Assembly: GCA_037131955.1 (NCBI GenBank)
Contig: JBAXQC010000003.1
Span: 9,928 to 73,927 of the forward strand
Length of the DNA: 64,000 nucleotides
Source: Bacteroidota bacterium
GTDB taxonomy: Bacteria; Bacteroidota; Bacteroidia; UBA4408
Direction of reading: 5' to 3'
This document shows, in pieces, positions 27,677-36,245 of this stretch (its first letter is position 1; every line of letters begins with the position of its first letter). Both the position numbers and the translations under genes were made by a program. Below the pieces are notes generated by a model that saw nothing but the letters and a program-made list of their open reading frames with translations, was not told where the DNA came from and searched no databases.

Positions 27677-27758
27677 GTTTTTTTTGCGAATAATTTTTTC
27701 TGTAAGAAGAGGATTGAATTTTGTTGAGACCAAGAAAAATTAGAGTTTTTGGTTATGG

Positions 27759-30700
27759 TTACTTTTTTCTGCTTTCAAATAGATTCAAAAATTTCTCAAG
27801 TATATTATAATACAGCATCAAAACAAGCAATAAACTCATCGCCCAAATTACACTTACATTAAAGACAAGAGTATTTAGTTCCAACCCAAAAAAACTTTTT
27901 TGTGGTGTATAAAAATGAGAGCTAAAGCCATTTTCATTGCTCTTTAAATATATTTGATCATAGTGAGGAAAAAGTCTTTCATTTTCCTCTTGTATTTTAT
28001 TCACCTCTTGAGAATTTCTAAGCATTAGGGTAAGTGCTTCGTTTTCGTTTTTTTGTTGAAGCAATTTATATTCATGCCTTTTAATAGAATCTGATACAAA
28101 TTTTTTTAATAATTGTTCTTTTTGCTCACTGGCAGTTCTGGCAATTTTAGAGTAATAATTTTTAATTTTTTCTACTTCAACTTTAACTTCATTGGTTCTA
28201 AAATTTTGTGTTGTTAATTTGCCAGAAAACCCAGCATCCGCAGATTTTAAATTAAGTTCTGATACAATTATTTTTTTATTTTTTTCTGTTTCAATATTTG
28301 CCTCTATTTCTTCTTGCTTTTCAAGTATGGCATCTGCCCAATAATTTTGGATATAATTGCCATAATTAATTTTTCTATTCCATTCAAAAATTGGTTTTTC
28401 AAAAGCATTGTTCTTAAATTGTTCTACCGCCAATGCCTCAAAAGCCCACCTGCTGCACATTATATTGCCGGTAGCAGGAACTCTAGATGAGGATGATAAT
28501 ACCGGATGAAGATTTTCGAATTTTACAATTACACCCGCCAGCAGCAATTGAGGTATAAGAAGAAATGGAATTAAAATATAAATGGTAACTGCGGATTTGA
28601 AGGCTGCAGAAATATTTAAACCTAACAAGTTTGCAAAACAAGAAATACTAAATAATACAGTCCAGTATGTAAAGAACATTCCATTTATTTCCAAAATACT
28701 ATTACCTACTAAAACAAACAACAAAGTTTGCAGAGCAGAAATAGAAAACATAAGCCCAACTTTAGAGGCTATATAACTAAATCTGCTTAGGTCTAAAAAC
28801 TTTTCACGCTTTAAAATTTTTCTGTCTGCAAATATTTCTTCGGCACTTACACTCATGCCCAAAAAAAGCGAAACAATTACACACATAAAAATATATGCAG
28901 GCAAATTTGGATTCTCTCTAAAAATATACTCTCCGTTTTTTGTGCTGCTGTAATACTTTATTATAAACGCAAGAATAGCAGCTAATACAGGAGCTTCCAA
29001 CAATGTTATATATAAGTATTGTAGATTAGATATTTTAGAGTATAAATCTCTTTTAAAGAATATTTTTATTTGTTCAATTTTGCTAGGAACATTCAAAAAA
29101 ATTAATGCTTTTTTTGTAAAATTAAAATCCTCTTGAAGAGTTGTTTTAGAAGCTATTTTTTCTAGAAAATGTTTATTCCACTGTTTTGGAGATATCTTTC
29201 TGTGCGGGGTAACGTTACCATATTCATCCAGCACATTAGCTTCTACAATGCTAAATACTTGCTCAGGATTTACTGTTCCACAAGTAACACATTCGCTTTC
29301 GTTTGCATTAATATGATTAACAGTATTTTTAAAATAAATTAATGATTCTACCGGGTTGCCATAATATATTGGATAGCCGCCCGTGTCTAGCAATAAAAGT
29401 TTATCAAACAATTTAAAAATATCTGAAGAAGGTTGATGCAGTACTATAAAAATTAGCTTACCTCTTAGCGCCAATCCTTTAAGAATATCCATTATTATTT
29501 CGCTATCTCTAGAAGAAAGTCCTGATGTTGGTTCATCTAAAAATAGTACAGCAGGTTCTCTAATCAACTCTAAAGCAATATTTAATCTTTTCCTTTGCCC
29601 ACCGCTAATTGTTTTATCAAGGCTATTACCTACTTTTAAGTTTGCCGTTTCTGCCAATCCCAACTGACCTAAAACGTCTTTTACTTTCAATTTTATATCT
29701 TGGTCAGTTTTGTTTTCTAAACACAGTTTTGCATTGTAATATAAATTTTGAAAAACTGTGAGTGATTCTATCAACAGATCATCTTGAGGAACATATCCAA
29801 TAACTCCTTTCAATTTATCTTGTTGTTCGTGTAAATCAAAACCGTTAATTTTTACAGAGCCGCTGGTAGGGATTTCGTTTCCGTTTAATACGTTTAATAA
29901 GGTGGATTTACCAGCACCGCTTCCGCCCATAATACCAATTAATTCGCCAGATTTTTCAGTAAAACTCAAAGGATGGATGCCAACTCTACCGCTCTTAAAT
30001 TGAAACTCAAGGTCTTTTACTTCAAATACTATTTCTTCGTTTTCTGCTTGACGTAAAAAGAATTTTTCGAAATCAGAAAAATATAATGGACTTGTTTTTT
30101 TACTTCTTACAGATGCTCCTGGATTTAACAAGTATAATTTACCAACAACAATTGGCTGTCCATTTAAGTAAAGTTCCGTTTTTCCATTGTATTTTACAAC
30201 ATATTGATTTACGCTTGGCAAATGAAGCACAACAAATGCACCGTTTAAACCCTCTACAATTTTTGTTTTGCAAGAATTTATTTTTAGATGACTTTTGGTG
30301 CAAACTAAAATACTTTTAGAATCTAGATCATCAAATGATTTTGTTACTAATTCTCTAATTACCAGATATTCTTCATCAGGAATATTAAAGCTAGAGGCAA
30401 CAGTTTCTACAAAATCAATTTCTACTTCGCTAACATTTCCATCTTCAAAAATAATTTCTTCTAAACGCAGTAAAACAATTATTTTTTGTTTTTGAGTGAG
30501 TTCAGTATTCAATTGGTCGCAAATACCCAATACTTTTACAGAATGGGCAGATGTTCTTTTTCTTTTTTGGGTAGAATCTTCAATATTTTTTTCTTTTGCC
30601 AAGAGCTCATCAAAATACTCTATGTATTTGTTGGCGGCATCTTCATTTAATTGTTGATTTAAAAATGAAAATACAACATGCCTGCTGCCTTCACTCTGCT

Positions 30701-30761
30701 CTTCGAGCCCCGCAATAATTGCAAATAATTTGATAATGGCTTTTAATATACTTTCGCTCAT
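27759..30761 (-). CDS. 1000-aa fused ABC transporter: N-terminal TerB-like helical domain, middle beta-rich domain, ABC ATPase, ABC-2/ABCG-type permease, C-terminal coiled coil plus TM
   Basis: Walker A GGSGAGKST, signature SGGQRKR, Walker B LFLDEPTSGLS, H-loop VLHQPS. About 6 TM helices follow, then about 170 aa K/E-rich helical region and a final TM (VIWAMSLLLVLMLYY). Confidence 0.8.
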   Translation of the reverse strand: MSESILKAIIKLFAIIAGLEEQSEGSRHVVFSFLNQQLNEDAANKYIEYFDELLAKEKNIEDSTQKRKRTSAHSVKVLGICDQLNTELTQKQKIIVLLRLEEIIFEDGNVSEVEIDFVETVASSFNIPDEEYLVIRELVTKSFDDLDSKSILVCTKSHLKINSCKTKIVEGLNGAFVVLHLPSVNQYVVKYNGKTELYLNGQPIVVGKLYLLNPGASVRSKKTSPLYFSDFEKFFLRQAENEEIVFEVKDLEFQFKSGRVGIHPLSFTEKSGELIGIMGGSGAGKSTLLNVLNGNEIPTSGSVKINGFDLHEQQDKLKGVIGYVPQDDLLIESLTVFQNLYYNAKLCLENKTDQDIKLKVKDVLGQLGLAETANLKVGNSLDKTISGGQRKRLNIALELIREPAVLFLDEPTSGLSSRDSEIIMDILKGLALRGKLIFIVLHQPSSDIFKLFDKLLLLDTGGYPIYYGNPVESLIYFKNTVNHINANESECVTCGTVNPEQVFSIVEANVLDEYGNVTPHRKISPKQWNKHFLEKIASKTTLQEDFNFTKKALIFLNVPSKIEQIKIFFKRDLYSKISNLQYLYITLLEAPVLAAILAFIIKYYSSTKNGEYIFRENPNLPAYIFMCVIVSLFLGMSVSAEEIFADRKILKREKFLDLSRFSYIASKVGLMFSISALQTLLFVLVGNSILEINGMFFTYWTVLFSISCFANLLGLNISAAFKSAVTIYILIPFLLIPQLLLAGVIVKFENLHPVLSSSSRVPATGNIMCSRWAFEALAVEQFKNNAFEKPIFEWNRKINYGNYIQNYWADAILEKQEEIEANIETEKNKKIIVSELNLKSADAGFSGKLTTQNFRTNEVKVEVEKIKNYYSKIARTASEQKEQLLKKFVSDSIKRHEYKLLQQKNENEALTLMLRNSQEVNKIQEENERLFPHYDQIYLKSNENGFSSHFYTPQKSFFGLELNTLVFNVSVIWAMSLLLVLMLYYNILEKFLNLFESRKK

Positions 30762-30826
30762 AGCCTTAAATAAAAAAAGACATTAAACGAATTCAATGCC
30801 TTTTTTATTAGTAGAAATAAAATTAG

Positions 30827-31675
30827 TTATTTAATAATTTTTGCCCTAACTGCCTCAACTTCTTTTTGGAATTTGACAGCAATTTCTTGGGTAAGTTCTT
30901 TGGTTTCTTTAACTGACTTATACATTTCTAAAAGAGTAGAAAAATCGGTTATTAAAGCATTAAATTCTTCCTTGCCTTCAAATTGCTTGAGCACATTTAA
31001 CAAATTACTTAAGTGTGTTTGTTGCTCGTAAATCTTATTGTACAATTTTTCTGTTTTAGTATTTCTTGGATAAGATTTTAATGCAGACAATGCATGGAAC
31101 TGACTTTCTATCCAGCTTCCAGCAACAATTAACGTTGCTACTTCTAGTTTGTTTGAAGATTTTATATAAGTATAAGAATCATAATAAACGTCATCAGCAA
31201 TTCTAATCAAAGTATCTTTGTTAGCCAATTGATTTTCGATGTTTGCACCTGCAACTTTATCAAAACTTTCTACCGCATTTAAATCAACCGCCAACTGACG
31301 TGTATTTTTAAAATATTTTAATGCATCTTGTTTTTTATCAAAAGCAGCCAAATAGCCCAAATCAACTGCATAAGTTCCAAAATTTAATGCTTTTTTTGAT
31401 TCTGTTTGGTAGTTGGGCAAATTCTCTAAACTATTAATAGTTATTTTATCGAATTTAATTCCAGCATTCACGATTTCAGATTCAATTTCCATCGGCTTTG
31501 GAAAGTTTGCCATCATTTTGTCAAACTCAAATTGAGTAAACTCTTCTTTTTCTATGGCGGTAGAATCTTTACTTTCTAAAACTGCTTCAGTCGATTCTTC
31601 TTTTTTTGTTTCTCCACAAGAAGAGACAATGATTGAGGATACCAGTAGTATTAATAAAAACTTTATTTTTTTCAT
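30827..31675 (-). CDS. hypothetical lipoprotein (282 aa, helical)
   Basis: Signal peptide and lipobox LVSSIIVSSCGE. No family recognised. Confidence 0.5.
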   Translation of the reverse strand: MKKIKFLLILLVSSIIVSSCGETKKEESTEAVLESKDSTAIEKEEFTQFEFDKMMANFPKPMEIESEIVNAGIKFDKITINSLENLPNYQTESKKALNFGTYAVDLGYLAAFDKKQDALKYFKNTRQLAVDLNAVESFDKVAGANIENQLANKDTLIRIADDVYYDSYTYIKSSNKLEVATLIVAGSWIESQFHALSALKSYPRNTKTEKLYNKIYEQQTHLSNLLNVLKQFEGKEEFNALITDFSTLLEMYKSVKETKELTQEIAVKFQKEVEAVRAKIIK

Positions 31676-31801
31676 AGTTGATTAAATTGTAAAATAATTA
31701 ATGAGTTCTGTTTTAAAAATCACGACAAAAATAAAAATTCAATTGACAAAACTGCACTATTTTGGATTTTATTGTAAATTTTTTTTTCTTATATCTCGTT
31801 G

Positions 31802-32401
31802 CTATTCAATTTCTGTTACACCCCCAGAAATTATAAATTTCATTAAATCGGCAGAGGTAGTATTTAATGGTGTAATGCAGTCTTTAGAAACAATAATTAA
31901 ATTGCCTGTAAATGCATATGAAAATGGCAAATACACTGCAATTTTTTCTGGGCTTATGTTCAAATCACTTAAATCTTCATTGGTAACATAACCCAATTTT
32001 TCTATTACTGGATTGTCATTCATTCTAACCAAAACAGGTTTATTAAAACGTTTTTTTTGACCAACAAAAGCTGACATCAAATCTTTTATAGAAGAATAAA
32101 TGGTTTTTATTAGTGGCGCTTTTTCTATTAACTTATCTAAAAATATAAAAATTGGTCTAAAGAAAATTATAGAACCAACAGCACCAATAATTATTAACGA
32201 AACAACCACTAAAATTACTCCTAAAAATGGATCAATAAGTGGATTTATTTTTACGCCTAAAACTTCAATTACTGAACCAACCGTTATTAATATTTTAAAT
32301 AAAAAATAGATTGTAATTGCAATAGGAATAGTAAAAAGTGCTCCTTGGAAAAAATATACTGCGGCTTTTCTAATCAAACTACTCACGCTGTTGTTTTCCA
32401 T
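31802..32401 (-). CDS. DUF502-family membrane protein
   Basis: Two N-terminal TM helices followed by a soluble domain. Layout and FTIPIAITIY.. / PLIKTIYSSIKD.. motifs fit DUF502 as I recall it. Confidence 0.6.
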   Translation of the reverse strand: MENNSVSSLIRKAAVYFFQGALFTIPIAITIYFLFKILITVGSVIEVLGVKINPLIDPFLGVILVVVSLIIIGAVGSIIFFRPIFIFLDKLIEKAPLIKTIYSSIKDLMSAFVGQKKRFNKPVLVRMNDNPVIEKLGYVTNEDLSDLNISPEKIAVYLPFSYAFTGNLIIVSKDCITPLNTTSADLMKFIISGGVTEIE

Positions 32402-32422
32402 TTATTAAGGTTATAAATCAAT

Positions 32423-33130
32423 TTAAATTTTTACTAAAGTACCAATTGTTTCGCCATTTACAATCTTCAGCAAATTACCATTTTGATTCATGTCAAATAC
32501 AATTATTGGCAATTTGTTTTCTTTACACAGAGTAAAGGCAGTCATGTCCATAACATTTAAATTTTTTTCATATACCTCTTCAAATGTAATAGTATCGTAT
32601 TTTTTTGCATCAGGATTTTTTTCAGGGTCAGCAGTATATATTCCATCAACTCTGGTTCCTTTAAGTATTACGTTAGCCTCAATTTCAATTGCTCTAAGAG
32701 ATGCAGCAGTGTCTGTAGTAAAATATGGATTACCGGTGCCTGCACCAAAAATTACTACTCTGCCTTTTTCTAAGTGTCTTACGGCTCTTCTTCTGATAAA
32801 TGGTTCGCAAATTTGCTCCATTTTAATGGCAGATAGTAAACGTGTTTTTATATTAACACCTTCTAAAGAACTTTGCAATGCCATGCTATTAATTACAGTA
32901 GCCAACATTCCCATATAGTCGCCTTGGGCTCTGTCTATTCCTCCCTCGCTTGCTTGAATCCCCCTGAAAATATTTCCTCCACCCACAACAATTGCAACTT
33001 CAATTCCTTGGTCAACAATTTGTTTTATTTCGCCAGCGTATTTAGAAAGCATATTGTTGTCTATTCCAAACTGCTTGGTTCCCATTAACGATTCGCCGCT
33101 TAGTTTAAGTAGGATTCTTTTGTATTTCAT
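32423..33130 (-). CDS. pyrH: UMP kinase
   Basis: [46 protein letters not shown]. Confidence 0.95.
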   Translation of the reverse strand: MKYKRILLKLSGESLMGTKQFGIDNNMLSKYAGEIKQIVDQGIEVAIVVGGGNIFRGIQASEGGIDRAQGDYMGMLATVINSMALQSSLEGVNIKTRLLSAIKMEQICEPFIRRRAVRHLEKGRVVIFGAGTGNPYFTTDTAASLRAIEIEANVILKGTRVDGIYTADPEKNPDAKKYDTITFEEVYEKNLNVMDMTAFTLCKENKLPIIVFDMNQNGNLLKIVNGETIGTLVKI

Positions 33131-33151
33131 AGTTTAAATTAAATTAAGGTG

Positions 33152-33159
33152 CAAATGTA
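33152..33159 (-). promoter_or_regulatory. candidate -7 promoter box (TACATTTG on minus strand) for pyrH
   Basis: Plus strand caaatgta, 21 nt upstream of ATG 33130. Confidence 0.35.
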
Positions 33160-33259
33160 TGTTTTTACAAATACTATTTGTGTTTTTTTAGTCTATTGTA
33201 AACTTGTTTTTTTTAATAAGTTTATCCCAAATCTTTCAAAAAGTTTTTGATGTATAGTT

Positions 33260-35722
33260 TTACTTAATTTTTAAACTTAATCCAACTAAAAAGTTCACTC
33301 CTGCTTGTGGATAATAAAAGTTTTCCGTTGTTCTCTGTCCACCTGAAATATATCCGTAAGTAAAGCCATTGGGTTCGTATTTAGCATTAAATAAATTGTA
33401 CACTCCACCAATGACAGATATGCTTTTAAATAGTTTTTGTTTAGGTTGAATTACAAAATTAAAATCGGAAAAATAGAATGCATTTAGTTTTCTATCATCG
33501 CTGGATGAATTATCTAAAAATTGTTTGCCAACGTATTTATGCGACCAAAAAAGCTCCATCCAGCTAAGGGGTCTTATCTCAATTGTACCACTTCCAACCA
33601 CTTCTGGCGAAAAGGCAATATTGGTTTTTCCAATTTTTAATTCGTTCTGAACTCCTAAATCATAATTGTCTATAAACTCAGTATAGTTTGTAATTTCGTT
33701 TTTACTAAAAGCAATATTTCCTCTTAGTGTAAATTTTTTATTTATTTGATATGCTCCCTCAAGTTCAATGCCTCGGCGATAACTGTATGGTACATTAATT
33801 CTTGTGTATGCTCCAACATCGTTTAATTTTCCGGTAAGTACCATTTGATTTTTGTATTCCATTAAAAATACAACAGCATTAAATAAAAATTTCTCTTGCC
33901 TTATGTTGTATCCAATTTCTATATCATCTAAACGTTCTTGCTTGGGTCTGCTTAAGGTTGTGGTATTTACAAAATCTTCTCTTGTTGGCTCTCTGTTTGC
34001 AATTGCCAATGAACTATATATGTTTTGATTTTGATTTATTTGGTAATTGAAACCAAATTTGGGGTTAAAAAACCTAAAACTTGCCTTTTCAATTTCTGAA
34101 GAAAAAGATTGGGTTAAGCCTACAAAGGTGTAATCAATTCCTCTAAACTGTACATCTAAAAACACATTTACTTTTTGTGTAATGAAGTAAGTATTTTTAA
34201 AAAAAACATTGTAATCATTTTTCAGAGAATTATTGGAATAATAATTTTTACTGTCGTTGATATTTTCCTGAAGCTCGGTTGAAACTACTCTTCCAAAATG
34301 ATTTCCGTAGTATTGATTGATTCCTCCCCCAAAAACTGAGTTTATTCTTTTGTTATCGTTGTATTGAAGAGAAAATGTTGTTCCGTAAAAATCATTATCG
34401 AGCCACTTTCTGCGAATCAAATTAGAATAGAAACCTGTATCTGTTCCATTAATAACAGGTGATACAAGATACCTTGCCAACTCTTGATCGTATTTAAACT
34501 CTTCGTAATATCCACTTCCTTTGGTATAATGCAATGATACGTTTGCGTTTAAATATTTAGAAAATTGCTGACTGTAATGTGCCTGATAGTGCTGCTGTTT
34601 GTAATTATCTACTTGGTTTTTGTAGGTAAAAGAATTGTATGTTCTAGAATTAGAATTCAATAAATTACTAGAGTCTGCAGAGTTTAAAAAATTTCTTGCA
34701 GCAAAATCTTTCATCCCTTGATTATCGTTTCTTAAACGTGATTCGGGTATTCCATTCCAAGCTTGATAGGTGATTTCGGAACCTGCAAAATGAACCAATT
34801 TTAAACTTTTATTTTTTCCGTAATAATTTAAACCTACATAGTAAGAATTCAAATTACTAGTTGCTCTGTCTATAAATCCATCACTAATAATTCTTGAGGC
34901 TCTTGCATTAACAGTAAAATGTTTTGCAATAAGTCCTGAACCCATTTTTAAATTAGTTTTTAAAGTGCCAAATGAACCGCCAGAAACATTTGCCTCTGTA
35001 TAAGGTTCGGGATTGTATTGGGTAGTTTGCATATTTATAGAAGCACCAAAAGCAGCACCTCCATTAGTTGAAGTGCCCACACCTCTCTGGATTTGAACAT
35101 CTGTTGCAGAACTAATAACGTCTGGCATATTTACGAAGAACGTTGCTTGCGACTCAGAATCATTTATTGGAATTCCATTTATAGTTGTATTTATTCTTGT
35201 TGGATCGGTTCCTCTAATTCTAATTCCGGTATAACCAACACCTGCACCTGCATCGGAATTTACAACAGCAGATGGAATTTGGTTTAGTAACATGGGAATG
35301 TCTCTCCCTAAATTAATTTTTTCTATCTCTTTGGCTGTTAAAGTAGAAAATGTTGTTGAAGAATTTCTGGTTGCTCTTGTTGCATTAATAATTATTTCGT
35401 CGCTAAGGTTTACTTTTTTTACCAAGGATATTATTTCTGTACTTTCTATTGCACCATTGAGTACTATTTTCTTTTCTTGGTATCCCAGGTATTTTATTTT
35501 TAGAAAAACAGAATCATTCTTGCTAAGTTTTATATTTACCTCTCCTTTGTTATTGCTGCAGTAAATCAAAAAATTATTTAGGTTTGTTACACTTGCCCCC
35601 ACCAAATCTTCATTAGACAGAGAATCTCTTAGTATGAGTTTTATTTGATTTTGAGCAAAGGTGGAACTAGTAAAAAATAGTGCCAAGGCAATTAATAAAT
35701 TAGTTTTTGTGTGGTTTTTCAT
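33260..35722 (-). CDS. TonB-dependent outer-membrane receptor with N-terminal carboxypeptidase-regulatory-like domain; TPP-riboswitch controlled (putative thiamine or thiamine-precursor uptake)
   Basis: Signal peptide. Plug-domain motifs (IRIRGT.PTRIN..INGIPIND). Long beta-barrel with alternating pattern and Y/F/N/G-rich strands. Preceded by a TPP riboswitch. Confidence 0.85.
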   Translation of the reverse strand: MKNHTKTNLLIALALFFTSSTFAQNQIKLILRDSLSNEDLVGASVTNLNNFLIYCSNNKGEVNIKLSKNDSVFLKIKYLGYQEKKIVLNGAIESTEIISLVKKVNLSDEIIINATRATRNSSTTFSTLTAKEIEKINLGRDIPMLLNQIPSAVVNSDAGAGVGYTGIRIRGTDPTRINTTINGIPINDSESQATFFVNMPDVISSATDVQIQRGVGTSTNGGAAFGASINMQTTQYNPEPYTEANVSGGSFGTLKTNLKMGSGLIAKHFTVNARASRIISDGFIDRATSNLNSYYVGLNYYGKNKSLKLVHFAGSEITYQAWNGIPESRLRNDNQGMKDFAARNFLNSADSSNLLNSNSRTYNSFTYKNQVDNYKQQHYQAHYSQQFSKYLNANVSLHYTKGSGYYEEFKYDQELARYLVSPVINGTDTGFYSNLIRRKWLDNDFYGTTFSLQYNDNKRINSVFGGGINQYYGNHFGRVVSTELQENINDSKNYYSNNSLKNDYNVFFKNTYFITQKVNVFLDVQFRGIDYTFVGLTQSFSSEIEKASFRFFNPKFGFNYQINQNQNIYSSLAIANREPTREDFVNTTTLSRPKQERLDDIEIGYNIRQEKFLFNAVVFLMEYKNQMVLTGKLNDVGAYTRINVPYSYRRGIELEGAYQINKKFTLRGNIAFSKNEITNYTEFIDNYDLGVQNELKIGKTNIAFSPEVVGSGTIEIRPLSWMELFWSHKYVGKQFLDNSSSDDRKLNAFYFSDFNFVIQPKQKLFKSISVIGGVYNLFNAKYEPNGFTYGYISGGQRTTENFYYPQAGVNFLVGLSLKIK

Positions 35723-35774
35723 CTCCTGTTTTTTTAATAAATAAATTGAGGAGATGCTTTTTAAGTATCTTTTA

Positions 35775-35856
35775 TATCATTTTCCCTTCGCCGGTATTAT
35801 CCGTATCAGGTTCAATGGGTATAATCTCAGCCAAAAAAATGGCACCCCCTATGATT
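35775..35856 (-). promoter_or_regulatory. TPP (thiamine pyrophosphate, THI-box) riboswitch aptamer
   Basis: Minus strand reads AGGGGGUGCC-AUUUUUUU-GGCUGAGAUUAUACCCAUUGAACCUGAUACGGAUAAUACCGGCGAAGGGAAAA. It contains the invariant GGGGUGC, CUGAGA, ACCC, ACCUGAU, GGAUAAU and GCGAAGGGAA elements in the canonical order. Expression platform at 35720-35756. Confidence 0.88.
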
Positions 35857-35861
35857 GTTTA

Positions 35862-35869
35862 CAAATATA
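35862..35869 (-). promoter_or_regulatory. candidate -7 promoter box (TATATTTG on minus strand) driving the riboswitch leader
   Basis: Plus strand caaatata. The box ends about 6-9 nt before the first aptamer nucleotides. Confidence 0.45.
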
Positions 35870-35919
35870 GTTACAAATAAAAATCAAATGCAAATTTTTG
35901 TCATTTCAATACAATTAGC

Positions 35920-35927
35920 TATTTTTG
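35920..35927 (+). promoter_or_regulatory. candidate -7 promoter box (TATTTTTG)
   Basis: Matches TAnnTTTG, 39 nt upstream of ATG 35967. Divergent from the riboswitch promoter. Confidence 0.35.
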
Positions 35928-35966
35928 AAACAATTAAAAAAAACTCTACAATTAAACTTGGCTTTA

Positions 35967-36245
35967 ATGAAAAAAAATATCCTTCCCTCGCTAGTAATTT
36001 TATTTTTTGGTATTATTATACTGTCTTCAAATTCTTGTAAAAAAGATGAAAATTGGGACGGCTGTGTGTATGGTAAAATTGATTATCGTGGAACGAATTA
36101 TTACATTGGATGTATGAATAGAGTGGAATTTAAAGCCTATTTAGATTCTCCCACTGCAAGGGCATTTGATCCTCAAACCGGCCCAATAATTGACAAAGAA
36201 ATTTCGTGGGTTACTGCCAAAGATTGCAGTGAATGTGAACAGTAA
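35967..36245 (+). CDS. small hypothetical lipoprotein (92 aa from ATG)
   Basis: Track ORF 35925..36245 starts at TTG. ATG at 35967 gives [26 protein letters not shown] (lipobox). Cys-rich mature part. Confidence 0.45.
   Translation: MKKNILPSLVILFFGIIILSSNSCKKDENWDGCVYGKIDYRGTNYYIGCMNRVEFKAYLDSPTARAFDPQTGPIIDKEISWVTAKDCSECEQ

Noticed and set aside
30771-30806. Hairpin agacatt-N10-aatgcct with flanking A/T runs between the lipoprotein gene and the 1000-aa ABC gene
   Set aside because: The stem is only 7 bp with a central mismatch, too weak to call a terminator. The two genes may be co-transcribed.
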